A DNA stretch of 64,000 bases from Octopus sinensis (taxonomy: Eukaryota): the NCBI RefSeq assembly GCF_006345805.1, contig NC_042997.1, positions 32,798,001 to 32,862,000 on the forward strand, in the 5' to 3' direction. The notes beneath the pieces were generated by a model. The model did not search any database. It was given only the letters and a program-made list of their open reading frames with translations, and had not been told where the DNA came from. Shown here piece after piece: positions 1-11,424 of this stretch. A program made the position numbers and the translations under genes. Within the stretch, counting starts at the first letter, position 1; each line of letters opens with the position of its first letter.

Positions 1-245
1 ACACTATGTTTTTGTGGTGAGGAGTTGTATAATAATAATAAAACATTGTGTACAGTGCTCATGACTAGAAGTAGTGAAAACTGATCTAAAGATATTGAAT
101 CTAATAAGAGATGGCAAATAGAGAGATGCTATGCAAGAAAACACTAATTCAATCCATGCATGGAATAACAAGAAAAAGTGATGATAATGGCAGTAAAAGA
201 TAAATGTTAAATAAGAAGTGTAAAGTTGTAAAGTCTTGTACTTAC

Positions 246-326
246 TTTACAAACTGTCTCTGCAGGAAAACGTTGCTCTAAAAGCTTGATCAATACATCT
301 TCATAATTCACGATGAGAGCATCACA
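246..326 (-). CDS. PSAP: Prosaposin exon D7c (CDALIVNYEDVLIKLLEQRFPAETVCK)
   Basis: 81 nt, tttgtag/gtaagt; the sixth Cys is expected beyond the left edge. Confidence 0.92.
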
Positions 327-797
327 CTACAAAACATGATTTTTAATGTAATGAAATTAGCTTCATTTTACACGTTTTTTTTTCTTCAGGATTTAATGGC
401 ATATGTGAAACCAATACGAACAGGCTTGGAAAGGATTTGCTAGGAAACAAACATTCTGATAAAAGGAAATGCATAAAGTTTCATAACTCCATGAAGAACT
501 TTCTTGCAAAAGAAATATTAAACAAACAAAAGAAAAAAGAAGAAAAAAAAAATGGATCCGTTTACTTCCATGTAGTATAAATTTGAATACATATTTTCTA
601 ATATTTCTATGTTGGGCTGAAGATCTAACTTGGACTTCTCTAAGCATTTTGACTAGAAAGTGGGCCCCGCCTATATCATGGATAAGAACTGTCTTGTAGA
701 GAAATAGTATGTTTCAATAGAAACAAAAAAAACTTTATAATGTGAAATTAAACTGGTGTGTTTGTGACTGGAATTATAACAGATGTCAGATGAGCTA

Positions 798-1823
798 CAG
801 AGCTTGGACAAAATAATGGAAACAATTAGCATCATAATTTTGAAATATCTATAAAACTGTCAAAAGCATGTTTATTTTTATGTCTTTTTGATTTATTATT
901 AGTGTTGCTAAAATTCCTGTTTCTTTTCAGATATCATCAGAAAAAGTTGATTAAAATGACAGATCAATCGAATTTTTAAACAGGTCAAATTGTTGGTGCT
1001 CGTATGGCAGCCATAAGCATACTGAATACAGCTGAAATGCTTGGTGTATCAAGAAGTATTGTCTCGAAAGTAATGACAGCCTTTGAAAAAGAGAGAAAAA
1101 CCTTCTTGTTGAAACAAAACTCAGGAAGAAAACCAAAACTTTCAAATAGGGAGTGGAGTAAAAACCTACAGAATTGGTCCCCAGAGCAGTAGAAGGAGGT
1201 TATTTTCTCAGATGAGTCATCCTTTACCTTATTTCTCACCACTGACGGAGTATACATGAGTTGACAGCCAAAAGAAGCATTTGACCCAGACTGCCTTCTT
1301 CCAACTGTTAAACATGGAGGAAGATCTGTGATCTGGAGGTGGGGGGGGGGCTATATTTTGGAAATCCACCAGCCCAATGGTAGAATCAATAGTCAAGACT
1401 ATTTAAGCTTTTATGTGAGCAAATTCATCCTATGGTTGCAGAACTGCTTCCGCAGGGAAACACGATCTTTCAGGATGATAATGCCCCAATTCACACAGCT
1501 AAAGTTATTACTAAATGGCACAAGGAACATACTAGTGAAGTTGAACATATCTGGCCACCACTGTCCCCAGATCTCAATATTATTGAACATTTATGGTGAA
1601 TTTTAGAAAAACAAGGAGTCGATATCCTCCATCATCACTACAAGAACTGGAGACTGCTGTAGCTGAAGAATGGACAAAAATTCCTTTGGAAACAATTCAA
1701 ACTGTGTATGAGTCGATACCTCACAGAATTCAAGCTGTAATTACTGCCAAAGGTGGTCCTACCCATATTAAAATAAATTTGTTTGAAATTCTAAGGTGTT
1801 TCCATTATTTTGTCCAACTCCTG
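798..1823 (+). mobile_element. Decayed, internally deleted Tc1-type DNA transposon
   Basis: About 27-bp TIRs (CAG..TTGGACAAAATAATGGAAACA), TA on both flanks; transposase remnants GARMA..LGVSRS..SGRKPKL, FSDES, FQDDNAPIH, SPDLNIIEHLW with stops and frameshifts. Confidence 0.93.
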
Positions 1824-2270
1824 TACTTCAATACTTCTTTAATTTTAAAGTACTATGCCACTCATTTTTTATCATAAAATCTTTTTGGTAGTTCTGTGTT
1901 AGAGATGTAGATGGGTGAACAAAATTTGAAGATACTCATTAATAATGAGAATGTTAACATCACAATTATTTAACCTTTTTGATAGCAGCTCATCTGAGAC
2001 TACACCAGGTTTTAGGACACAAATTCTTGTTTTAATTTTAATCAAAACATATTTTTTATGTTTCAAACACTAGCTTAATAAAGTTATTTCACAAAATTTT
2101 TCATTATCATAAAAATATCTGAAACAAGAGCCAATTATTTTAACAGAAATAAATTAGTATATTTAATGGAATTTCTCTTTTCAGTGATTTTAGGATTAAA
2201 TCTAAATGGACATTGTGCCACAAATTTTAAACTAATTATTTGAGAAATAAATTGGAATAATAACTTTGGT

Positions 2271-2883
2271 AAAAGCACCATCCGTTCGTGGCCGTTTGCC
2301 AGCTCTGTCTGGCCCCGTGTCGGTGGCACGTAAAAGCACCATCCGTTCGCGTCTGTTGCCAGCCTCGGCTGGCCCCCGTGCCGGTGACACGTAAAAGCAC
2401 CGTCCGCTCGTAGCCGTTTGCCAGCTCTGTCTGGCAACCATGTCGGTGGCACGTAAAAGCACCATCTGTTCGTGTCCGTTGCCAGAATCGCCTGGCCCCC
2501 GTGCCGGTGACACGTAAAAGCACTGTCCGTTCGTGGACGGTTGCCAGCTCTGTCTGGCCCCGTGTCGGTGGCACGTAAAAGCACCATCCGTTCGTGTCCG
2601 TTGCCAGCATCGCCTGGCCCCGTGCCGGTGACACGTAAAAGCACCATCCGTTCGTGGCCGTTCGCCAGCTCTGTCTGGTACCTGTGCGGGTGGCACGTAA
2701 AAAACACCCACTACACTCGCGGAGTGGTTGGCGTTAGGAAGGGCATCCAGCCGTAGAAACACTGCCAGATCTGACTGGGCCTGACGAAGCCTTCCAGCTT
2801 CACAGACCCCAGTTGACCCGTCCAACCCATGCTAGCATGGAAAACGGATGCTAAACGATGATGATGATGATGATGATGATGAT
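2271..2883 (+). mobile_element. Non-autonomous retroelement S3 with seven 60-bp tandem units and a (GAT)n tail
   Basis: AAAAGCAC recurs every 60-63 nt; TGGTTGGCGTTAGGAAGGGCATCC body; AACGATGATGAT tail; at least 12 copies in the window. Confidence 0.88.
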
Positions 2884-2936
2884 ATTCCCACTAAGCAGTT
2901 TAAACACAAAAATAAATTTAGAAAATCCAGCCTTAC

Positions 2937-3073
2937 CTCTTTTTTCACTTCTTCACTTATTTCCTCACATATTTTGTCAACCACTTTCCTTATCTCTGCT
3001 TCAGTAGCTTTTGAAGCAATTCTTTCTTCTATTTCCTTAACCACGAATTTACAAGCGTAACATCCAGGGAAAG
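2937..3073 (-). CDS. PSAP: Prosaposin exon D7a-b (FPGCYACKFVVKEIEERIASKATEAEIRKVVDKICEEISEEVKKE)
   Basis: 137 nt, tgaatag/gtaagg, phase 1/0; overlaps ORF 2832..3044. Confidence 0.92.
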
Positions 3074-3818
3074 CTATTCATAATTGTAAGGAAAAAGAAT
3101 GAAAATGAAAATTAAACAGTGATTAAAAATGTTATAGAAGTACTGTGAACCCTTAAGCTAGAATATTGGCTAAACAGAATGAAATCCAGGTTAAGAAAAA
3201 TGACTTAAGATTGCCTTCTGTTACTATTTTTGAATATCAATGAATATTAATGTGTGCACTACACAACCACCAAGATGATAAATTTATTAAATATTAAACT
3301 CATCCAATTATGTAATCATGGATAATAAGGGGAGAAGCTAATTTTTCTGACACCAATTATGAAATAATATGGCAAAAGACATTCCAACTGTACACATCCT
3401 TTTGTAATTCATTTTTATAACCCATTTCAATAAACATACCCTTCCTTTCTAGCGCCCCCTCGAAGTAACTTGTTTCTTAATTCTCCTATTTGATATTCTT
3501 TCACCTTGCTTGGCTTCTTTGTATCTATATTCAGCCTATTGCTTATATAAGCTTTATTCTTTCTTATTCATTGTCACAACCTCATGTAATAAACATTATG
3601 TTTTTGTGGTGAGGAGTTGTATAATAATAATAAAACATTGTGTACAGTGCTCAGGTGCACTACAACTCATCCAAAGTGTATGTATAGTACATAGGGTAAT
3701 GTACAAGCGTCAGGAAAAGAACAGTGCATGAGTCATGACATACACATATGTGCATGAGTATGGAAGGAGGACAATCAGGTGTAGTTTCGGCAGATTTCGG
3801 AAAGCATGAGGGCCTTAA

Positions 3819-4022
3819 CCCTTTAGTGTTTAAACCGGCCAAATCCGGCCCAAAATATTCTACATATTTTATATTCAAACTGGCCATATCTAGCCTCTAA
3901 CACCTAACCTACAATGCCATTCTAAAAATAAACAATCACATCACTGAAACCTCAAAGCTATAACATAATGCATTTGAGTGAAAAAGTATTACATTTAACA
4001 GAGTAATCTGAACACTAAAGGG
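3819..4022. mobile_element. TTAA-flanked piggyBac-like MITE, family P1
   Basis: CCCTTTAGTGTT...AACACTAAAGGG ends; TTAA duplicated; interrupts a CR1 tail. Confidence 0.88.
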
Positions 4023-4169
4023 TTAAAGGATGCAGTGTCATGGCAGTCAACAAGTATGTATAAATCTGAAGAAAATTCATTACCTGAAACTGATTTCCTT
4101 AATAAAAATTCTGTTTCAGTTATAATTTCAGACAAATTCAAATAGCCTAAAGTTTATATCTTTATCATC

Positions 4170-4545
4170 ATCATTATCGTTTAGCATCCGTTTTCTGTGC
4201 TAGCATGGGTTGGACGGTTCGACTGGGGTCTGGGAAGCCAGGAGGCTGCACTAGGCTCCAGTCTGATCTGGCAGTGTTTCTACAGCTGGATGCCCTTCCT
4301 AACGCCAACCACTCTGTGAGTGTAGTGGGTGCTTTTTACGTGCCACCTGCACAGGTGCCAGGGGAGTCTGGCAACGGCCACGATCGGTTGGTGCTTTTTA
4401 TGTGCCACCGGCACAGAAGCCAGTCGAGGTGGCGCTGGCATCAGCCACGTTCGGATGGTGCTTTTTATGTGCCACCGGCACAGAAGCCAGTCGAGGCGGC
4501 ACTGGCATCGGCCACGTTCGGATGGTGCTTTTTATGTGCCACTGG
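4170..4545 (-). mobile_element. Retroelement S3
   Basis: Inverted copy. Confidence 0.85.
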
Positions 4546-5214
4546 CTCATTGAGTAATATTTATCAGACTAATAGTTTCAGTACGGTAGCTGAGTTTGCA
4601 CTGTCAATAACCATCACATACAAAACACAGTTGTGTTACTTGGCAATTTTCTTTGATATTTCAGCAATTAAACATATTTTGGCCTTGTTACATCATAGCT
4701 TCAAGAGTAATAAATTCTGTTCAAGTAATGTGACAAATGGGTGCATGTTATCGACAGGCTCCAAGAAGGGCAAAACGCATCTAAATTTATGAGTTGCTGC
4801 TAAGATGATGTTTGTTTCACTTCAGCATATATTGTTTTTAATGTCTAAGAAGAGATTTTCTCTCAGACAAAAACTACCAGCATGAGCCATGTAGCTCCTC
4901 TACAACAAGAATCTGCTCTACTCAAACCACTTCCCTCGTATCATAACCAACCCCTATCAAGCATCTGGAGGTAACATTCTTCCTCCTTGGGTTTGTTGAA
5001 TTGCAAGCTACATGGTAACCTCAATGCTGGTGGCATGAAAAAAAGCACTCAGTAGACACTGTAAAGTGGTTGGCATTAGGAAGGGCATCCAACTGTAGGA
5101 ACCATGCCAACCCACATCAGCATGGAACATGGACATTAAATGATGACAGATGGTTATTTTAATGGAATACTGCTTGAATTGCCTTCAATTTTTTTTTACA
5201 ACCCAGCAAGCACT

Positions 5215-5430
5215 CAGTAAAGGCAATTAAGGATATGAAGACAGGGAAAGCACTTGGTCCACTGGGAGTTATTGCTGTGATACTTAAAATATCTAGTAGA
5301 GCGGGATACAGTCTGGTCACTTGTATAGTTAATCAGGTTATTCAGGAAGGCATCATCTCCAATGACTGCTGTAGCAGTATTAGTCAGCTGCTACAAGAAT
5401 AAGATGCCTTAGATAGAATTAATTACAGAG
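5215..5430 (+). mobile_element. Decayed RTE-like RT-upstream fragment
   Basis: KAIKDMKTGKALGPLG...DALDRINYRG resembles the KxxKAPGxDG...NYRGI segment of RTE ORFs. Confidence 0.6.
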
Positions 5431-5597
5431 GTGCAGGAGTGGCTTACGAACCACATGGTTCCGGGTTCAGTCTCACTGCGTGGCACCTTGGGCAAGTGTC
5501 TTCTATTATAGCCTCGGGCTGACCAAAGCCTTGTGAGTGGATTTGGTAGACGGAAACTGAAAGAAGCCCGTCGTATATATGTATGTATGTGTGTGTG

Positions 5598-5656
<59 letters not shown>

Positions 5657-5870
5657 GCGTGTGTATACGTTTGTGTGTGTGTTTGTCCCCCCAACATCGC
5701 TTGACAACCGATGCTGGTGTGTTTACGTCCCCGTAACTTAGCGGTTCGGCAAAAGAGACCAATAGAATAAATACTAGGCATATAAAGAATAAGTCCTGGG
5801 GTCGATTTGCTCGACTAAAAGGCAGTGCTCCAGCATGGCCACAGTCAAATGACTTAAACAAGTAAAAGAG
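5430..5870 (+). mobile_element. tRNA-headed SINE family S1 (about 400 bp, internal (TA)n/(TG)n)
   Basis: GTGGCT..GG A-box-like and GGTTCAGTC B-box-like head; CTTGGGCAAGT core; AAGTAAAAGAG tail; more than 12 copies in the window. Confidence 0.9.
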
Positions 5871-6171
5871 TATTGGCAGCAAATTACTGGACCAGGTCGT
5901 AAAATTAATTAGGACAAATTAATTAGGTGTCTTGCTGTAGAGTAAATACATGGATACCCAGTTGAAAGAGAAAGGAGAGTGTGTCAGAAAGATAAATAGA
6001 GCGATAGTGAGAGAGATAGTGGTAAAGGTGTGTCATGACATGCCTATAAGTGAGGTGGTACAGACGTTTGGACTGGGTGAGTGGGCAGGAAAGAGATGAA
6101 TGTTGCAAATGGAGAGAAATATAGGAGAGCTCAAGGGTGGGGGTTGCAGTGGGGTTACGAGTGTATTGAGG

Positions 6172-6545
6172 GTCAAAGAAGCTTGAGAGGCGGTTGGATG
6201 GAACCTACACTCGCCTCCTTATGAGAGCTCAAAATCTCTCGTGGAAGCGTCATCCAACCAAAATGCAAATATATGGGAAACTACCACCTGTGTCATCTCA
6301 TGTGAAGGGTAAGAGAGTCCAGTTTGCTGGACATTGTTGTAGAGCTGAAAACGAGGCAATTTCTACTCTTCTCCTCTGGAAGCCATCTACTCGCAATGCC
6401 AGAGGCCGCACACTCTCCTACCCTGATGTAATCTCCAGGGATACAGGCATCCAGCAACAGGACCTCTGTAATGCTATGATGGACCGTGAAGTCTGGCGTA
6501 GCATAGTAAATTGCATTGTCTCCACCACGGTTGAACGATGATGTG
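6172..6545 (+). mobile_element. RTE-type LINE 3' end
   Basis: Near-identical to about 36255..36625. Confidence 0.9.
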
Positions 6546-6871
6546 AAAGCAGATGAGCTGTTAATGATGGACAACACAGGGGAGATAAAGCACACCTTTA
6601 ATGTTTCATCTGGCACAAAGCCACTCCACTTACTATTCGCCCATTCCCAGTTGCACCTATGCTAATGTTACGTAAAAAGCACCCAGTACACACTAAAGTT
6701 GTTGGTGTTAGAAAGGGCATCCAACCACAGAAACCATGCCAAAACAGACAATGTAGCCCGTGCAGCTCTTGGCCTTACTAGCTTCTGTCAAACCATCCAA
6801 CCCATACCAGAATAGAAAAATGATGATGATACTGTAATGTTAGTTTTCTATAGGAAATTGTAGATGTTATA

Positions 6872-7262
6872 CCAGTGCCGGTGGCATGTGAAAGAACCAT
6901 ACGTACGTGGCCGTTGCCAGCGCCGCCCTGACTGGCCTCCGTGCTGGTGGCATGTAAAAAAGCACCATCCGATTGTGGCCATTGCCAGCCCCGCCTGGCC
7001 CCCGTGCCGGTGGCACGTAAAAAAGCACCATCCGATCGTGGCCATTTGCCAACCTCGTCTGGCACCTGTGCAGGTGGCACGTAAAAAAGCACCCACTACA
7101 CTCATGGAGTGGTTGGCGTTAGGAAGGGCATCCTGCTGTAGAAACACTGCCAGATCAGACTGGGCCTGGCGCAGCCTCCATGGCTTGCCAGACCCCAGTT
7201 GAACCGTCCAACCCATGCTAGCATGGAAAGCGGACGTTAAACGATGATGATGATGATGATGA
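6872..7262 (+). mobile_element. Retroelement S3
   Basis: About 3 units plus tail. Confidence 0.85.
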
Positions 7263-7360
7263 ATAAACAGTATCTTCTGTGAATCACTTACTGCTTATCA
7301 CGTTTATCATTTAGTGCATATACTTTCAATGGTGTCTAAGTATACAGTACTAATTCCTAC

Positions 7361-7391
7361 CATTGGTAACTTTGGTAACTTGGGTGATTGG
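7361..7391 (-). CDS. PSAP: Candidate 31-nt microexon (PITQVTKVTN-G)
   Basis: TACTAAC branch point about 25 nt before a gttttag acceptor; G|gtagga donor; phase 0/1, in frame only with the 7473 donor. Confidence 0.55.
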
Positions 7392-7465
7392 CTAAAACAG
7401 AAACTTTCGTTTCTGTTAGTATCTTTTAACAAGGGTTCACCGTTATATATTTAAGTTAAACTTAC

Positions 7466-7616
7466 ATTTTACTGTTTTGACGCTAAGCTCATTGGATGTA
7501 GTTTTAATTCCAGCATGAATTTCTTTGGAAATAGTAGCCAAGTCTTTGCATTCAGTATTGACACCAGTTGCTTTCAGAATCTCACACATCACAACAAAGA
7601 AGTGCTCAGTCTGAGG
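7466..7616 (-). CDS. PSAP: Prosaposin linker/half-saposin exon (PQTEHFFVVMCEILKATGVNTECKDLATISKEIHAGIKTTSNELSVKTVK); alternative donor ends it at 7473
   Basis: attccag acceptor, open frame, gtaagt donor in phase 1 as required by the next exon (2937..3073). Confidence 0.75.
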
Positions 7617-7749
7617 CTGGAATTATAATTTTAAAAAAATAAAAAATAAAAAAAAAAGGTCATTATTCCTAGCTGACTTTTTTGTAATAGGAGAAAAGGA
7701 ATAAACACTGAATATGAATGTCAAGAATAGAAAACCTAACATAACTTAC

Positions 7750-7809
7750 CTTAAGTGTAAGTGCAGAAGCAGAGCAAAGATTTAAAGATGCACACATGGA
7801 TTCGGAAGA
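7750..7809 (-). CDS. PSAP: Prosaposin exon D6d (SSESMCASLNLCSASALTLK)
   Basis: 60 nt, ctttcag/gtaagt, C-x5-C. Confidence 0.92.
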
Positions 7810-8157
7810 CTGAAAGAAAAGATTAAAATTAAAAATGATAGGATTACAGCAGAAACAAATTTAAAGGACTATATACATTCAGTATAAACAACTATTTAAC
7901 TAAAAAATATTTATGTGCCCACACAAATCAATTTCTTTTCTCAACACTATATGCCGTAAATTATTTCAATTCTACAGTTTATTTAGTGACATCAAATCGA
8001 TGCTATTACTGCATTCAGATTTTCACAAGGTATAAAACAAAACTGAACTGACATTTTGCTAATATATTGAAAGAATTGATACTGAAGTTATGTCTAGATT
8101 GGGTTTCTTTGTGAGATGAAATGGACTCAAAATTTAAAGCAACATCTTGCAGAGTTA

Positions 8158-8575
8158 TTTCATCATCATCATCATCATCGTTTAACGTCCGCTTTCCATG
8201 CTAGCATGGGTTGGACGGTTCAACTGGGGTCTGGGGAGCCCGAAAGCTGCACCAGTCCAGTCAGATCTGGCAGTGTTTCTACAGCTGGATGCCCTTCCTA
8301 ACGCCAACCACTCCGAGAGTGTAGTGGGTGATTTTATGTGCCACCGACACAGGTGCCAGACGAGGCTGACAAACGGCCACGCTCGGATGGTGTTTTTTAT
8401 GTGCCACCGACACAGGTGCCAGACGAGGCTGGCAGACGGCCACGCTCGGATGGTGTTTTTTATGTGCCACCGACACAGGTGCCAGATGAGGCTGGCAAAC
8501 GGCCACGATCGGATGGTGCTTGTTACGTGCCCACAGCACGGAGGCCAGTCGATGCGGTACTGGCTACGGCCACTT
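8158..8575 (-). mobile_element. Retroelement S3
   Basis: Inverted copy, about 4 units. Confidence 0.85.
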
Positions 8576-8596
8576 CAAAATAATAATTTTGTTTTA

Positions 8597-9138
8597 ATCA
8601 TACTCCGACATCTGGCAGCTGACTGGTCAGACACCCATAAAATTATTAACCATCTTACAAACAATAACTCTGAGCACCTTTTCAAACTCCACCCGTCTAA
8701 CACCCGTGGACATGTTTACAAAGTCAGAAAACAACACAGTTGTTTCTTTCGGAAACATTTTTTCACACTATGAGTTGCTGAAGCATGGAACAAACTGCCA
8801 ACATCAGTTGTTAGTTGTCGGAGCACTGCATCCTTCAAAACTTCCATGCTTCCTGAGATTCGCTAACACTACACCTGATTTTCTCCCCTCCATACACCCG
8901 CAAGCATGTATCTGACTCATGCATTGTCCACTTCCAGACATTTGTACATTACTGCATTTCTTTATACACACTTTTTGACAAGTTGTGGTGCACCTGAGCA
9001 CTGTATACAATAATTTCATTCTTCTTATTATTATTATAAGGTGTAGCATTGGTGAATTTCAGGAAGCATGGAAATTTTGAAGGATGTAGAGTCCTCACAG
9101 CTAACAACTGATGTGAGTAGTTTATTCCATGCTTCAGC
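8597..9138 (+). mobile_element. CR1 3' fragment followed by an inverted partial copy
   Basis: LAADWSDTHKIINHLTNNNSEHLFKLHPSNTRGH; 9039..9138 is an inverted copy of about 8775..8876. Confidence 0.85.
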
Positions 9139-9592
9139 ATGGCCGCAGTCAAATGACAAACAAGTAAAGAGAGGTGTTGTTTACTCAGTACCAGCATGGG
9201 TGCTTTTTACATGACACTAGCAATCACAAGCCGGCAAAATTAGAAATGCTCAGCTATAAAATAATGGTTTAGATGTAAAATACAATTTGTTCTCTATTAA
9301 TGTCAACTGTGCAGCCTGTGCTAAGACATGATGAAACATATGTTTAAAAAAAAAAAACCATAAACCTTTGAATCTGGGCAACTGATATACCACCTGCTAT
9401 ATCACTACATTAAATTGTATTTTAATTGGTATCCTATCTATACATATATCCATAAATAAAGCAAGACTGATACCCTAAGTAGGCAATCATCCACTGTTTA
9501 TTTCTTCTCAGTGTTGCTCAATGAAAATATATATTTATATATGATATAAAAATTTTTTTGTGTTATGAATCACACAAAAATTTTAATTTTCA

Positions 9593-9980
9593 GGCGTAGG
9601 AGTGGCTGTGTGGTAAGTAGCTTGCTTACCAACTACATGGTTTCGGGTTCAGTCCCACTGCGTGGCACCTTGGGTAAGTGTCTTCTACTATAGCCTCGGG
9701 CTTACCAAAGCCTTGTGAGTGAATTTGGTAGACGGAAACTGAAAGAAGCCCGTCGTATATATGTATATATGTGTGTGTATATGTTTGTCCCCCTAGCATT
9801 GCTTGACAACCGATGCTGTTGTGTTTACGTCCTCGTCACTTAGTGGTTCGGCAAAAGAGACCGATAGAATAAGTACTAGGCTTACAAAGAATAAGTCCCG
9901 GGGTCGATTTGCTCAACTAAAAGGTGGTGCTCCAGCATGGCCACAGTCAAATGACTGAAACAAGTAAAAGAGAAAAAGAG
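9593..9980 (+). mobile_element. SINE S1
   Basis: Full-length copy. Confidence 0.9.
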
Positions 9981-10160
9981 TTCAGTTGAAAATATCTGGG
10001 TAGCAATAAGATGTGAAAGCTTCTGGCTGCCAAAATGGTGATCTTCAGCTAAAAAAACTGGAAAAGACCTCAGATAAAGGAAACATGCTATAATTTAGTG
10101 TCAAAGCTAAAAGTTTAAAATATGTCCTGAAAGTAAAACAACCCAAGTCATTTTACTTAC

Positions 10161-10220
10161 CATTTCTTTCTTCAAATCATTGTAGATAGTTTGGCTGTAT
10201 TTATCCACAGCTGCTTCACA
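10161..10220 (-). CDS. PSAP: Prosaposin exon D6c (CEAAVDKYSQTIYNDLKKEM)
   Basis: 60 nt, cttatag/gtaagt. Confidence 0.92.
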
Positions 10221-10740
10221 CTATAAGAAATAAAATAAATGACAACTGAAAAGACTTCTTCAAAAAAACAGACAATTCATAATTTACTACAGTACAAGCT
10301 CTACTAATGTAGTAGCTTAAAAGCTTTTAGTTATTCATGTTGTAAACTTGCTGTTGTATATTGCTTTGTGGTTCTAAATGCTGGCAAGATGTCAAATAAT
10401 ATATGGATATTTTTAAATCGATGCCTTTTGCAACTGTTATCTTTGGATAATATTTTATTTTCCAAGTGAGAATCTGTGTTGGTTAAAAATTCATAGCTGA
10501 TTTAGTCATCAATTGTAGAGTTACTGCTTTCAAGTCTTCCAAAGTTCCTGCAAAGTAAGGATCTAACCTTGGTTATGGTATTTTAAACTGTTGCAAGCAA
10601 TCAAAATGTGGTCACCTCATTTCATCAGAGTAGGTCTTAGCTGAGTATTTGAACATACTCAAAGTTCTGACCCTGTAGATTACTAAATATGATCTGAATG
10701 AGGTTAAGACTCTTCACCAGCATACATTTCAAAGCATGTA

Positions 10741-11280
10741 CAGGGTCAGGCAAAATGATCTGACACATTTGTAGGTTAAATAAAAGGCAAATGAAGTAAA
10801 GAAACAAAAAAGTGTTTTTATTTTTGAAAAGTACATATAATGCCATTTTGTTTCATTATGTTTTAAAGATTAAATCAGTCAAATGGGATCCATTATTGTC
10901 CACACACTGTCGAAGGCGTTCACGAAAATTGTCAATAACTCGGGGGGTCATTTCATGCGATTTTTTTCTCTAGGGATACCTCAAGTCAAAGGTATACATT
11001 AATCGCCCTCGATCTATTGAACAACTTAAAGATGCAATTCGTCAAGAAATTACTGCCATTCCACATGAAATGAACCGCCAAGTTATTGACAACTTTCGTG
11101 AACGCCTTCGACAGTGTGTGGACAATAATGGATCCCATTTGACTGATTTAATTTTTAAAACATATTGAAACAAAATGGCATTATATGTACTTTTCAAAAA
11201 TAAAAACACTTTTTTGTTTCTTTACTTCATTTGCCTTTTATTTAACCTACAAATGTGTCAGATCATTTTGCCTGACCCTG
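10741..11280. mobile_element. Foldback Tc1/mariner derivative with 200-bp inverted arms
   Basis: 10741..10940 is the near-perfect reverse complement of 11081..11280; TA flanks; transposase C-terminus YLKSKVYINRP...RLRQCVDNNGSHL on the + strand. Confidence 0.9.
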
Positions 11281-11424
11281 TACAAGATTATTTGAAGATA
11301 AAACTTCCACCGTTTGTCTCCAAGGGAGTCTGGCCTTCTAGCTTACTAGATCCAAATCTATGTAACTTTTGGATATTGAATGAAATTGAGAACAAGTACA
11401 ATGCAACATTTCACAGCTGTGTCC

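Noticed and set aside
2135-2825. Three overlapping 130-200 aa ORFs
   Set aside because: GC-rich S3 minisatellite lacking stop codons; no protein-like composition
5409-5882. Long ORFs with IYIYIY or THTH runs (also near 17110, 43174, 54800)
   Set aside because: Translations of microsatellites and SINEs
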